Part shown: positions 30,262 through 39,760 of the stretch, piece by piece
Numbering within the stretch: the stretch's first letter is position 1
Layout of the letters: each line of letters starts with the position of its first letter
Source of the DNA: a bacterium
GTDB lineage: Bacteria; Fidelibacterota; Fidelibacteria; Fidelibacterales; Fidelibacteraceae
Assembly: GCA_963676395.1 (NCBI GenBank)
Contig: OY781066.1
Coordinates: 1,312,001-1,376,000 of the forward strand
Direction: 5' to 3'
Length of the DNA: 64,000 bases
The notes under the pieces: model-generated
What the model saw: the letters and a program-made list of their open reading frames with translations, nothing else
Database searches by the model: none
What the model was told of the DNA's origin: nothing
Position numbers and translations under genes: made by a program

Positions 30262-30289
30262 GTTAACGTTTCGAAATATTCAGTGTCTA
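30262..30289 (+). promoter_or_regulatory. Candidate ECF-sigma autoregulatory promoter
   Basis: GTTAAC-N16-TGTCTA about 24 nt upstream of the ECF sigma start; fits the general ECF AAC...(C/T)GTC layout. Confidence 0.45.
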
Positions 30290-30312
30290 TTAAGTGAGTA
30301 ACAGGTTAGGAC

Positions 30313-30783
30313 ATGGTAAAAAAACGAGAATTCGAAAATTGGGTGAAGGAATACCATGACCGTATCTACGCAACGATCTTTCATATTGTGGGAAATGAGG
30401 ACGACGCTTTAGATGTCACACAAGATGTGTTTTTAAAGGCATATAAGAAACGTTCTTCTTTTCGCGGGGACTCGTCACCCTATACATGGCTAAGGCGCAT
30501 AGCGACCAATTATGCCTTGAATTTCGTGACACGAGGCAAGACGAAGCTGTGGAATGAGTATAAAGACTATGAACATGAAAATGTGGTAGAAGAAAAAGAA
30601 GAACGGGTCTTCCAAAAATCATGGCTGGATCATTTATCGAAAATGGAACGCCGGGTTCTGGAGCGTCGGGTTTTTGAAAAAATGAGTTTTCGTGAGCTTG
30701 CCGAGAAATTGGATACTTCTGAGAATTCGGCAAAAGTCCTTTACCACAAAGCAATAAAAAAACTGCAACAGGTAGTAAAATGA
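30313..30783 (+). CDS. ECF RNA polymerase sigma factor
   Basis: DALDVTQDVFLKAY, F.GDSS..TWL.RIA.N, C-terminal HTH (SFRELAEKL). Confidence 0.9.
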   Translation: MVKKREFENWVKEYHDRIYATIFHIVGNEDDALDVTQDVFLKAYKKRSSFRGDSSPYTWLRRIATNYALNFVTRGKTKLWNEYKDYEHENVVEEKEERVFQKSWLDHLSKMERRVLERRVFEKMSFRELAEKLDTSENSAKVLYHKAIKKLQQVVK

Positions 30784-31226
30784 AATGTGAACAAGTAAAA
30801 GAGCTGTTTCCCGAATTGGTGGAACACAAGGATAAATATCCCGATGCTACAGCGCATTTGGAAGCTTGTAGCGAATGCAAGACGCTCTTTCACATCTTTG
30901 AGAGTATTTCAGATGATGCAAAGGTTACACTTGCGCCAGAAAAACGAGAGATGAATTTTGAGATCATTCATAAGAAGATGAAACGACATGATAGAGTGGT
31001 ATTTACTCGCCGGATTTCATCGCTGGTAGCTGTGATGTTATTTGCCTTGGTAAGCATCTTTAATGTGAATTCATCTAGGCAGGTGACAGTGGCGGATATC
31101 TCGGACGAAGTGTTGTATCTTCAATCGGAAAGTATATCTGTGCCGAAAACAAGTTTGGATGATGAAGCTATCATCGCTTATCTGACACAATATGAGAACA
31201 TTGAAAATATTGGCGGACTGTTTTAG
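30780..31226 (+). CDS. Zinc-binding (ZAS) anti-sigma factor
   Basis: HLEACSEC (HxxxCxxC) motif, single TM segment, ATGA overlap with the sigma gene. Confidence 0.75.
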   Translation: MKCEQVKELFPELVEHKDKYPDATAHLEACSECKTLFHIFESISDDAKVTLAPEKREMNFEIIHKKMKRHDRVVFTRRISSLVAVMLFALVSIFNVNSSRQVTVADISDEVLYLQSESISVPKTSLDDEAIIAYLTQYENIENIGGLF

Positions 31227-31243
31227 GTCTGCGGGAGAATAAA

Positions 31244-31789
31244 ATGAAAAGATCGAGTACAATTATAATGGTTGCGGTATTGAGTATGGTAATGGTCATA
31301 GCACAGGGGCGACCTATGGATATGCCCGGAGAAGGAAGAGGACCGGGAAAAGGTTTAGGTAAATCAATCGCAGAGCAACCTTACTATCAGTATATGGTTT
31401 TTCGCATGACAGAAGAATTGGAATTGACCGCGGAGCAGGCGGAAAAATTATTTCCTCTCAACAGACCTTATCGTGATACTAAACATCAGCTACATATGCA
31501 GATGAATGAATTGAGTGAAGAGATATTTAATAAAGAAGATATCTCAAAAGCAGATCTTGAAAAATATCGCAAGAAATTACAAAGTCTACAGAAGAAGGAA
31601 ATTGAATTGGATGACAAGTTCTTTGATGAAGCCGGTACATTTTTGGCACCACAACAAGTTGCAAAATTGATGTTTTTTGAACCGCATTTCAGACGAGAAT
31701 TATCAAAAGAATTAAAAGATAGATACCCCGGAAAGAAGAAGGATAACAAGAAATTCTGGAAGAAAAACAATCAAAGGAGTAAAAAATGA
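31244..31789 (+). CDS. Periplasmic Spy/CpxP-like helical protein
   Basis: Signal peptide; LELTAEQ and LAPQQ (LTxxQ-like) motifs. Confidence 0.6.
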   Translation: MKRSSTIIMVAVLSMVMVIAQGRPMDMPGEGRGPGKGLGKSIAEQPYYQYMVFRMTEELELTAEQAEKLFPLNRPYRDTKHQLHMQMNELSEEIFNKEDISKADLEKYRKKLQSLQKKEIELDDKFFDEAGTFLAPQQVAKLMFFEPHFRRELSKELKDRYPGKKKDNKKFWKKNNQRSKK

Positions 31790-32271
31790 AACGCAAATCA
31801 TTAACAATCGTACTTAGCCTTCTTCTTATAGTCGGTATCGCTTTTGCGGCACCCAACAGAAAAGGCTATAAGCAAAACAACGATGGTCCACGCAGGGAAC
31901 AGCGGGAATGTCTGTTGACAGATGCTGAACGTGAGGCAGTACAAGATGCCAAACGCAGCTATGAAAAAACTGTAATCCCAATGCGTGCCGATGTTAAAGT
32001 GCTGATGATGGATATCCAAGATATGGTCACTAACGGTAAATCAGCTAAAGAAATTGCACCCAAACTTGATAAGTTGAATGCTTTGAAAGCTAATATGGCC
32101 AGTGAACGCTTGGATCATCAGGTCAAAGTTCGCAAGATCGTGGGTGAAGAGAAATATAAACAAATGCATATGGCAAGAAAGCATATGGGACAAGGTCGCA
32201 AAGGAAAAGCCGGTAAAAGAGTTAAGCAGTTTAAAGGCAATGGATGTATGGATGGACAAGGTCGTTATTAA
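31786..32271 (+). CDS. Periplasmic Spy/CpxP/ZraP-like protein
   Basis: Signal peptide, LTDAE motif, helical core, Gly/Lys/Met-rich tail. Confidence 0.55.
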   Translation: MKRKSLTIVLSLLLIVGIAFAAPNRKGYKQNNDGPRREQRECLLTDAEREAVQDAKRSYEKTVIPMRADVKVLMMDIQDMVTNGKSAKEIAPKLDKLNALKANMASERLDHQVKVRKIVGEEKYKQMHMARKHMGQGRKGKAGKRVKQFKGNGCMDGQGRY

Positions 32272-32300
32272 GATAAACCTTAATTACTTTCCGATACATG

Positions 32301-32330
32301 ACAAAGCCCCGAATTTTTCGGGGCTTTGTT
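32301..32330. terminator. Hairpin terminator between the ECF operon and convergent fprA
   Basis: ACAAAGCCCCGAA-ttt-TTCGGGGCTTTGT, 13-bp perfect stem. Confidence 0.75.
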
Positions 32331-32418
32331 GTATTTAAATAATATGGTATGGAAACGTTGTGTTGTGTCAGATGAAGCTTTTGTGCAGACTGGATCCTTG
32401 TTTATTTTTCAATAAAAT

Positions 32419-33609
32419 TTAGCTAAGTATGGCTTCAGCTAATTCCTTTGCCAGTGCATCACATAATTCATAATCATTGGGTTTTGCCGAGTATTTTGCT
32501 TCGATAGAATCACCGACTTTGTTCCAGTCGAGTTCTTCAACATGTTTGTTTAGGGCCTTAACACCCCCGCCGCTCCATGTCGAGGTGCCAAGAATGGCAA
32601 CATGGCGAGATGCCATTTTGCGTTCTAGAAATTTATGTACGATCTGCTTGATCGATGGGAAAAGGGCGTTATTGTATGCCGGTGAAGCGAGTACCACACC
32701 GTTATATTTCCAGACGGCTGAGATCATAAATGAAGGATGTGTTTCGGAGGCATCATAGACTTCAATTTCGGGAACACCGTATTCTTTGAGTTTACGGGCA
32801 AAGTAATCCGCCATCTCTTCGGTATGTCCGTACATTGAGCCATAAATCACCACGGCACCGGGACGGGTTTCTTCGCGACTCCATTTGTCGTAACGTTCCA
32901 AGGCCCACATAGGATTGCTTCTAAAAACAGGTCCGTGAGTTGCTCCGACCATTTTGATGGGAACACCTTCGAGTGTTTTGAATGCGCGTTGTACATTTTT
33001 GCCGTACTTACCGACAATGTTTGAATAGTATCGACGCATTTCATCTTCGTAATTATCGATCTGTAGTTCATCGTCAAATACACCGCCGTCCAAGGTTCCA
33101 AAAGATCCAAAGGCATCTCCTGAAAAGAGGATACCATCTTTTTCATCAAAGGTCATCATCGTTTCGGGCCAGTGTACCATAGGCGTGGAATAGAATTTTA
33201 ATGTTCTGTCACCGGTTTTTAGTGTATCACCATGTCCGACGATAAGCTTGTTTTTCATCTCACCATAAAAGCCATCAAGGAATTTAAATGTATTTACATT
33301 ACCTACGATGATAAGATCCGGGTAGGATTTTAATAGAGAAGTCAAAGCACCTGAGTGATCTGGCTCTGTATGGTTAACCACAAGATAATCCAGTGTTTTA
33401 CCTTGTAAGATATCTTGTATTTCCGAAATGAATGAGTCGGTGTTTGTCAATTCAACCGTATCAACCAGAACGGTTTTTGTATCGTTAATTAAATAAGCAT
33501 TATATGAAACACCTTGAGGCAAAGGCCAAAGGTTTTCGAAACGTGAAGTACGGCGATCGTTCACACCAAGGTAGTGTACATTTTTGCTCAATTTAATATT
33601 TCTGTTCAT
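32419..33609 (-). CDS. fprA: Flavodiiron protein (A-type flavoprotein)
   Basis: SYNAYLI, NHTEPDHSG, HWPE, FSGDAFG; flavodoxin domain YGSMYGHT. Confidence 0.92.
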   Translation of the reverse strand: MNRNIKLSKNVHYLGVNDRRTSRFENLWPLPQGVSYNAYLINDTKTVLVDTVELTNTDSFISEIQDILQGKTLDYLVVNHTEPDHSGALTSLLKSYPDLIIVGNVNTFKFLDGFYGEMKNKLIVGHGDTLKTGDRTLKFYSTPMVHWPETMMTFDEKDGILFSGDAFGSFGTLDGGVFDDELQIDNYEDEMRRYYSNIVGKYGKNVQRAFKTLEGVPIKMVGATHGPVFRSNPMWALERYDKWSREETRPGAVVIYGSMYGHTEEMADYFARKLKEYGVPEIEVYDASETHPSFMISAVWKYNGVVLASPAYNNALFPSIKQIVHKFLERKMASRHVAILGTSTWSGGGVKALNKHVEELDWNKVGDSIEAKYSAKPNDYELCDALAKELAEAILS

Positions 33610-33702
33610 TAGGGCTCCTATTCTATTTCAATTGTAAATATAATATAAAAAATGAGTAGGGAGTAGGGAGAAATAAGAAAGAAAAGTATTAAACCTTAAA
33701 AT

Positions 33703-33731
33703 GTAGGAAACGATCTTAGATTGTTCTTTAG
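33703..33731 (+). repeat. Degenerate GTAG-tagged palindrome
   Basis: GTAGGAAACGATCTTAGATTGTTCTTTAG folds with several G-T pairs and mismatches. Confidence 0.3.
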
Positions 33732-33814
33732 ACTTATTTTTGACTATCATAGATCAATGATAATATTAGAAATATTAGAGAAGAGGTTTAATACTTTGAG
33801 TTCGAATTGATGTC

Positions 33815-36172
33815 TTAAGTTCTTAAGCTCACCAGCGTTACCCCAACACCACCATGCTCGGGATCGGCAAATTTATAGGATTTTACACGCTTATCTTTGG
33901 CAAGAATATCATGAATGACTTTTTGCAAAATACCGCCACCGGTACCATGGAGGATTTCAATAGATGAAAGTCCGGAAAGTACTGCATTATCAATAAATTT
34001 ATCGCATTCTTCCATGGCGGCTTCGGCACGTTTGCCACGTAGATCTAAATGATAAGAGGAGCCGCTGTGGGAATGTGAGATCATGGTGGAAATACGCTGT
34101 TTACGCTTGCGCGCGGGTTCTAGCCAGTCGGAGTTTAACCTCAATCGCGAGCCATCCACGTCCACCCAGATCTTTCGGGTTTTTTTGTTGATCTCAAGGA
34201 TCTTTCCGTTTTGGCTCATGGTAGGAATGTAAACATCCATTCCGACTGTCAATTCGTGAAGTTTCATAGCTTGAGTCGGCGCTTCAACTGTAAGCTCTCG
34301 TTTTTCGGTTACGACTTGCTTTGCCTTGTTAAAGGTCGCTTGCGCTTCGCGAATGGCATTTTTGCCTGCCTGTTGTTCTTTAATTTGGCGGATACTGGCT
34401 TCCAGTTCCTTGCGCATATCGGCAATCATACTTTCGGCACGTTTAACCGCTTCTTTTTCGGCTTTTTTGTATTTATGGTCGATATCTTTGCGTTTATCTT
34501 CGACGTATTTGAGCTTTTGTTTGTAATCTTTTTCTTTGTCTTTAGCCTCTTTCAACTGAATGTCATAACGGGAGATCTTTCGCTGAAGGTCCACAATAAG
34601 CCTTTCCAGTTTTTCACGCTGGTGACCCACACGAGCTTTTGCGTGCTTGATCACGCGTTCGTCCAACTCAAAACGCGAAGCAATATCAATAGCATATGAC
34701 GAACCGGGAATTCCCATGATAAATTCATAGCTGGGAATAAAATCACGATCATTGAATTTCATACTACCATTCTCGAAGAGGGGGGAGTCGAAAGCCAGGG
34801 TTTTTAATGATCCATGGTGAGTGGTGGCAATGATAGTAGTGCCACGTTCACTGAGTAGTTTTAGGATACCTTCAGCAAGGGCCGCACCTTCGTCGGGGTC
34901 AGTGCCCGTACCAAGTTCATCGATTAGAACCAATGAATTTTCTGTAGCTTCGTTTACGATATTTTTCAGTGATAAAATATGAGAAGAAAATGTCGAGAGA
35001 CCACCATCAATGGATTGTCCGTCTCCGATATCCACAAAGATCTTATCATATTCGGGAAGGATGGAATTTGCATTCAAAGGTAATAAAAAGCCGGCTTGGT
35101 TCATAATAGCAAGAAGGCCGATAGTTTTTAATGTGACTGTTTTACCACCGGCATTGGGCCCCGTGACTATAATCCCGCACTTACCTTCGGGGATCTCCAT
35201 GTTCAAGGGGACCGGCTCTGTGGTAAAATTTAATTCCAGGTTTCGGCCGTTTACAATGTGCAGTCGTTCACCTTCTTCATCCGGTTTTTCCAAATTAAAT
35301 TGTAACGCGAGTTTTGCGTTGGCATGGATAAGGTCGAATTGTTCCAATACATCTATACACAGTTCAACGGATGGTAAATGTTCGCGTAGGCGAGAGCTGG
35401 CTTCTAGCAAGATCCTGCGAATTTCTTGGCGTTCTTCTTGTTTGACTTGATAAAGTTCATTGTTCATTTCAACAATGACCATGGGCTCCACATAGATGGT
35501 CTGGCCGGTTTGAGATTGGTCGTGAATAATACCGGGTGCTTTTGATCGACGCGAGGCACGAATGGGGATGACTTGTCGTCCGTTTCGAAAAGCGACCGTA
35601 TCCTCGGAGGCAATGGATTCGCTTAGCCATTCACCGGCAATTTGTGTGACCTTGCTCCGAATGCGACCATCAAGCTTAGCAAGCTGTTTTCGCAAACGAT
35701 ATAACTCCGAAGATGCTTTATCCGATATCTGCCTGTCGGAATCAAAAAGCGAAAAAATATATTTTTCAAGTTCTTCAAGATCCGGATTATAGGACTTAAT
35801 TAGTTTTTTCAGTTCGGGATATTTATTTTCCCGTTGATGAAAATAAGCGGCAACTCTGCGTGCATGGCGCATGATATTTGCCAGACCGTAGAGCTCTTCT
35901 TCTATTAGCATATTACCTTTAATACGTGCCTTGGCAGTAATCTCACTTTGTATTGGAAAACCGATCAACGGTAATGCCGTGTCTAGCGCCATCAAGTCAC
36001 GCATTTCAAGGTGTTGCTGTTGTTTTTTTAGGTATATGTGCTTTGGTTGAAATGAGCTTAGGTTCAATGCCGCATGTTCGCTCATTTCACATAGGGTATA
36101 TGAGGCCAGTTTTTCTCTGACCGTGTTGTATCCAAGTTGTTGATATATGTTGCTCAATGTGTTGTCCGTCAT
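33815..36172 (-). CDS. mutS2: Endonuclease MutS2
   Basis: TGPNAGGKT, DIGDGQSI..LSTFSSH, DELGTGTDP.EG, TTHH; C-terminal Smr domain (LDLRG, ILHGTG). Confidence 0.95.
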   Translation of the reverse strand: MTDNTLSNIYQQLGYNTVREKLASYTLCEMSEHAALNLSSFQPKHIYLKKQQQHLEMRDLMALDTALPLIGFPIQSEITAKARIKGNMLIEEELYGLANIMRHARRVAAYFHQRENKYPELKKLIKSYNPDLEELEKYIFSLFDSDRQISDKASSELYRLRKQLAKLDGRIRSKVTQIAGEWLSESIASEDTVAFRNGRQVIPIRASRRSKAPGIIHDQSQTGQTIYVEPMVIVEMNNELYQVKQEERQEIRRILLEASSRLREHLPSVELCIDVLEQFDLIHANAKLALQFNLEKPDEEGERLHIVNGRNLELNFTTEPVPLNMEIPEGKCGIIVTGPNAGGKTVTLKTIGLLAIMNQAGFLLPLNANSILPEYDKIFVDIGDGQSIDGGLSTFSSHILSLKNIVNEATENSLVLIDELGTGTDPDEGAALAEGILKLLSERGTTIIATTHHGSLKTLAFDSPLFENGSMKFNDRDFIPSYEFIMGIPGSSYAIDIASRFELDERVIKHAKARVGHQREKLERLIVDLQRKISRYDIQLKEAKDKEKDYKQKLKYVEDKRKDIDHKYKKAEKEAVKRAESMIADMRKELEASIRQIKEQQAGKNAIREAQATFNKAKQVVTEKRELTVEAPTQAMKLHELTVGMDVYIPTMSQNGKILEINKKTRKIWVDVDGSRLRLNSDWLEPARKRKQRISTMISHSHSGSSYHLDLRGKRAEAAMEECDKFIDNAVLSGLSSIEILHGTGGGILQKVIHDILAKDKRVKSYKFADPEHGGVGVTLVSLRT

Positions 36173-36211
36173 CCTGAAACGAAGGCTTCAGCCTTCGGGG
36201 TTCAGGATCTC
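36168..36211 (+). repeat. Left palindromic repeat of the GIY-YIG cassette (CGTC-tagged REP-like)
   Basis: GTCATCCTGAAACGA-AGGCTTCAGCCT-TCGGGGTTCAGGATCTC, preceded by C (giving CGTC); inverted relative to 36598-36642. Confidence 0.9.
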
Positions 36212-36220
36212 GATAAATTT

Positions 36221-36583
36221 TTAATTTTCTCTGTAATATTCGTCTAGTTTATCCATTTTACTGCAAATTTCGATATTTTCGTAATCTTCTTTGCTAAACC
36301 AATCTTTTGATATATCATTTAATCCTTCATTTTCTCTTTTTATTAATTTCCACTTCCAAGCTCGATGCCATTTTTTTAATTGTTTTTCTCGAGCTATCGC
36401 ATCTATCATCAATGGGTATTCTTCATAGTACATCAGCTCCGTTAAATTGTATTTATTACTGAATTCGCAACCATGACCTGATTTATGCTCAAACATCCTT
36501 CTTTCAATATCATTTGTAACACCTATGTATAAAACGGTTCTGTTTTTATTACTTATAATGTAAACATAACTTAATTCGTTCAT
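36221..36583 (-). CDS. Stand-alone GIY-YIG nuclease-family protein
   Basis: YVYI...LYIGVT.D..RR..EH, KY, AIAREKQLKKW.R.WK..LI motifs with the conserved Tyr/Arg/Glu residues intact. Confidence 0.92.
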   Translation of the reverse strand: MNELSYVYIISNKNRTVLYIGVTNDIERRMFEHKSGHGCEFSNKYNLTELMYYEEYPLMIDAIAREKQLKKWHRAWKWKLIKRENEGLNDISKDWFSKEDYENIEICSKMDKLDEYYREN

Positions 36584-36597
36584 GTTTTATCTCACTA

Positions 36598-36642
36598 GAG
36601 ATCCTGAACCCCGATGTCCTTTGGACATCGTTTCAGGATGAC
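36598..36642 (-). repeat. Right palindromic repeat of the GIY-YIG cassette
   Basis: Minus strand GTCATCCTGAAACGA-TGTCCAAAGGACA-TCGGGGTTCAGGATCTC; outer 15 and 17 nt identical to the left copy. Confidence 0.9.
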
Positions 36643-36711
36643 TACTCATATCTTATGGATGCAATATTTTTTAATATTATTCCTTTTATCTTTCTTCTTA
36701 TCTACTACCTA

Positions 36712-39078
36712 CTACATCAAGTTCACCGGATCTCGATTGATGAGTATTTTGACATATTTTTCTTCTTGTTTAAAGTTTTTGGCCACGTGTTGTAAAATAC
36801 TGGCTGTTTTGTTGCCGTTTGGATCTTGCTTGCGATCAGCCTTTACCAGTATTTGCCAGCGAGTGATCTCTTTAATCTTTTCAATAGCTGCGGGGGCGGG
36901 CCCCAAACAATTACATGAAGGCATATTGTTTAATAATCGCTTTTGAAGTCTAAATGATGCCGCCTGAACTTCACGTGCATTTTTTCCGCTGACCCGAAGT
37001 AAAAAGAGTCTGCTGAACGGCGGATAGGTCAACTCCCTGCGATGAAACAGCTCAAGATTATAAAATTGTCTTAACTCCAGTTTGGCTGCCATTTTAATGA
37101 CGGCTTCTTCGGGAGAAAAAGTTTGTATATATACTTCTCCGGGATACTTCGATCGGCCGGCTCTGCCACTGACCTGATAGATCAATTGAAATAATCGTTC
37201 GTTGGCACGGTGATCGGGAATTCCCATGCCGGTATCGGCATTAATAATAGCTACCATTGTGACTTTTGGGAAATCCAAACCTTTTGCGATCATTTGAGTT
37301 CCAAGCAAGATATCTTGTTTGCCCTCTTCGAATTCGTTTAAAATCCTCGCGTGTGCATGTTTTGTGCGTGTGGTATCCATATCCATTCTAGCAACTCGAG
37401 CATTTGGGAAAAGTCTCGATAGCTCTTCTTCGATCTTTTGTGTTCCATGCCCCATAGGCTCTAATGATATCGAACCGCAGTGTTTACAAGCCTTTGTCAT
37501 GGGGAAATTAGCATTACAAGAATGGCACACCAGTTTATCCAATTTTTTATGATATGTCAATGCTACCGAACAATTTGGACACTCATGGATCTCATTGCAT
37601 TCACTGCAAACTAACACGGTATTATACCCGCGACGGTTCTGCAGAATGATCGCCTGTTTTTCATCTTTTAAGGTTTTTTGTAGACCTTCTAATAGCTCCC
37701 GACTAAACAGTCCTTGTCGGGGTGCTTCCAGCATGTCGATCAAATGCACCTTAGGCAGCTTTGCTTCTCCAAAGCGCCGAGTCATTTCAAGTCTGTCATA
37801 GCGGCCAAGAGCCGAAAGGTAATAGCTCTCCAGGCTTGGGGTTGCAGAACCTAAAACGATGGGAATACCAATAATGTGAGCATACATCACAGCCGCATCG
37901 CGTGCATGGTAGCGAGGTGCGGGTTCTTCTTGTTTGTATGAGCTTTCCTGCTCTTCGTCTACAACGATCAGGCCAATATTGTTCAAGGGTGCAAGAAGAG
38001 CCGATCGTGCGCCTACAAGAACATGGATGGCTCCTTTTTGGATCTGGGTCCAGGTCCAAAGTCGCTCCGCATCACTCATTTGAGAGTGCCAGATAGCTAC
38101 TTTCTCACCGAAGGTGGAGCGGAAACGAGCGGCTATCTGCGGAGTGATGGCAATTTCGGGTACAAGTATCAGAACTTTTTTCCCCGCGGCTAATTGTTTT
38201 TTGGCTAATTCAATATAGACTTCGGTTTTACCACTGCCGGTTACACCATGGAGTAAAGCAGGGTAAAAACGGTTAAAGTTTTTTTCGATTTTAGCGATCA
38301 CTTGTTTTTGCTCATCAGAAAGTCGAACATCACGTACACGTTCTTTCACAAGATGTTCAAATGGATCGGCAGGCACTTCCATTTCACAGGCCTCAAGTAC
38401 TTCGTTTTCCAGCATTTTGTTCAGAACGGCTGCTGAAACACCCAGCTTGCGTTGTATTACGCGCTTTTCTTCTTTGGGTGTATCGAGCGAAGATAGAAGA
38501 TTGATAACATCTCGTTGCCGTTTTGTTACTTCGGCATTGGGGTTGATCAATTTAACCGCTTTGACAATTCTGGCTTTCTTGGCTTTTGGGAAAATATTGT
38601 CAATGTAAAGACGACCTGCTTTTAATCCTTCATGCAGTTCTTTTTGTCGAGCTTCTGGTAAATCTAAAAAGGCCAGCATCGAAAGACCGCCCTCGGGAAC
38701 TTCAGGCCAATTTTCGCGATCTTCATCATTCTTGATAAAACAATACTGGGTGCGCTTAAAGCCGGCTTCCGAAGGGTGAGCAGCACGGCAACACATACCG
38801 ATGGGAGCCAAATAATAATCGGCCATCCACTTGATAAGTTTGATCAGATCCTCAGAGAAAATAGGGGAGGTATCGATCACATCGGAAATGCTTTTAAGTT
38901 TATATGCGGGTTTAGCCGGAAGCACAGGGAACACATCAAGACAATATCCGATCTGTGAACGCGCCCCAAAAGAAGCATTTACGCGCATTCCCGGCTTAAG
39001 TTTTTCAACAAAATCCTCGGGTACCGTGTAGGTATATGTCTGATATACGTCCTGTGGAAAGGCTAGAGAGCAATACAT
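36712..39078 (-). CDS. priA: Primosomal protein N' (replication restart helicase)
   Basis: GVTGSGKTEVY, LVPEI, VDEEQE, NRRGY, four CxxC pairs, GTQMIAKGLDF, QVSGRAGR. Confidence 0.97.
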   Translation of the reverse strand: MYCSLAFPQDVYQTYTYTVPEDFVEKLKPGMRVNASFGARSQIGYCLDVFPVLPAKPAYKLKSISDVIDTSPIFSEDLIKLIKWMADYYLAPIGMCCRAAHPSEAGFKRTQYCFIKNDEDRENWPEVPEGGLSMLAFLDLPEARQKELHEGLKAGRLYIDNIFPKAKKARIVKAVKLINPNAEVTKRQRDVINLLSSLDTPKEEKRVIQRKLGVSAAVLNKMLENEVLEACEMEVPADPFEHLVKERVRDVRLSDEQKQVIAKIEKNFNRFYPALLHGVTGSGKTEVYIELAKKQLAAGKKVLILVPEIAITPQIAARFRSTFGEKVAIWHSQMSDAERLWTWTQIQKGAIHVLVGARSALLAPLNNIGLIVVDEEQESSYKQEEPAPRYHARDAAVMYAHIIGIPIVLGSATPSLESYYLSALGRYDRLEMTRRFGEAKLPKVHLIDMLEAPRQGLFSRELLEGLQKTLKDEKQAIILQNRRGYNTVLVCSECNEIHECPNCSVALTYHKKLDKLVCHSCNANFPMTKACKHCGSISLEPMGHGTQKIEEELSRLFPNARVARMDMDTTRTKHAHARILNEFEEGKQDILLGTQMIAKGLDFPKVTMVAIINADTGMGIPDHRANERLFQLIYQVSGRAGRSKYPGEVYIQTFSPEEAVIKMAAKLELRQFYNLELFHRRELTYPPFSRLFLLRVSGKNAREVQAASFRLQKRLLNNMPSCNCLGPAPAAIEKIKEITRWQILVKADRKQDPNGNKTASILQHVAKNFKQEEKYVKILINRDPVNLM

Positions 39079-39124
39079 CTTTAAATTTAGCCTTTTGGTC
39101 GGAGCTTAACAATAGAATTTCTGT

Positions 39125-39146
39125 AAAGGTGACATGTATCACATTT
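39125..39146. promoter_or_regulatory. CRP/FNR-family-like site in the priA/trpR divergent region
   Basis: AAAGGTGACATGTATCACATTT, 17/22 identity to the CRP consensus; 47 bp upstream of the priA start. Confidence 0.45.
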
Positions 39147-39484
39147 TGCTGAAAGAAAAATAATGATAAGATATGCCGGATGAATTATTTTTCATAGAAA
39201 ATGAGTATGATAAATAGTTATCCGTTATTAATAATCAGCAGGAATGGCATACCTTTATCATATATAGATTATTTAGCCTGATGTATTGATCAAAGAGACT
39301 TATCGATTGTTTTCGATCGGTCTGTTGAGCCGACGGGTTGTTGCTCACACTTTTTTCACTCTTTATTCACCTCACCCCCCAGACTTACTATCCTATGAGC
39401 TGTTTCTATAAAAAAGAACAAAAAACAGTTGCGTGCAATGGAAATTCTTCTTATGTTGCTGTCCGTAGAAACAAGGAACAAACG

Positions 39485-39760
39485 ATGCAACGATACAAAG
39501 AACTGGCTAAAGTCTTTTCTCAGATAGAGAGCGAAAAGGAAATGGAGCATTTTCTGATCGAGATCCTGACGGAAAGCGAATTGGAGGCATTGCACTTTCG
39601 ATGGCGACTGATGCAGGACCTTTACCATGGTGAAACTCAGCGGAACATTGCCGAGAAACACCATATCTCCTTGTGTAAGATCACAAGGGGATCGAAAATC
39701 TTAAAAGACCCGAAATCAATCAGCCTGAAGCTGTTAAAAAAATTGGAGAAAGAACAATGA
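39485..39760 (+). CDS. trpR: Trp repressor-family protein
   Basis: ILTESE...L..RW.L...L..GETQRNIA.....[20 protein letters not shown] before ATG 39485; ATGA-coupled to trpB. Confidence 0.85.
   Translation: MQRYKELAKVFSQIESEKEMEHFLIEILTESELEALHFRWRLMQDLYHGETQRNIAEKHHISLCKITRGSKILKDPKSISLKLLKKLEKEQ

Larger units (their letters stand above)
36168..36642. mobile_element. Putative GIY-YIG/REP-like cassette (nuclease gene between inverted palindromic repeats)
   Basis: 475 bp; repeats 9 and 14 nt from the gene ends; interior more AT-rich than the flanking mutS2 and priA; no TSD seen; mobility is inferred. Confidence 0.6.

Noticed and set aside
39180..39484. Possible trp attenuator, T-box or TrpR operator, and the 49-codon upstream extension of the trpR ORF
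   Set aside because: Short ORFs contain no Trp codons, no T-box motif or convincing operator palindrome was found, and the RBS supports ATG 39485.
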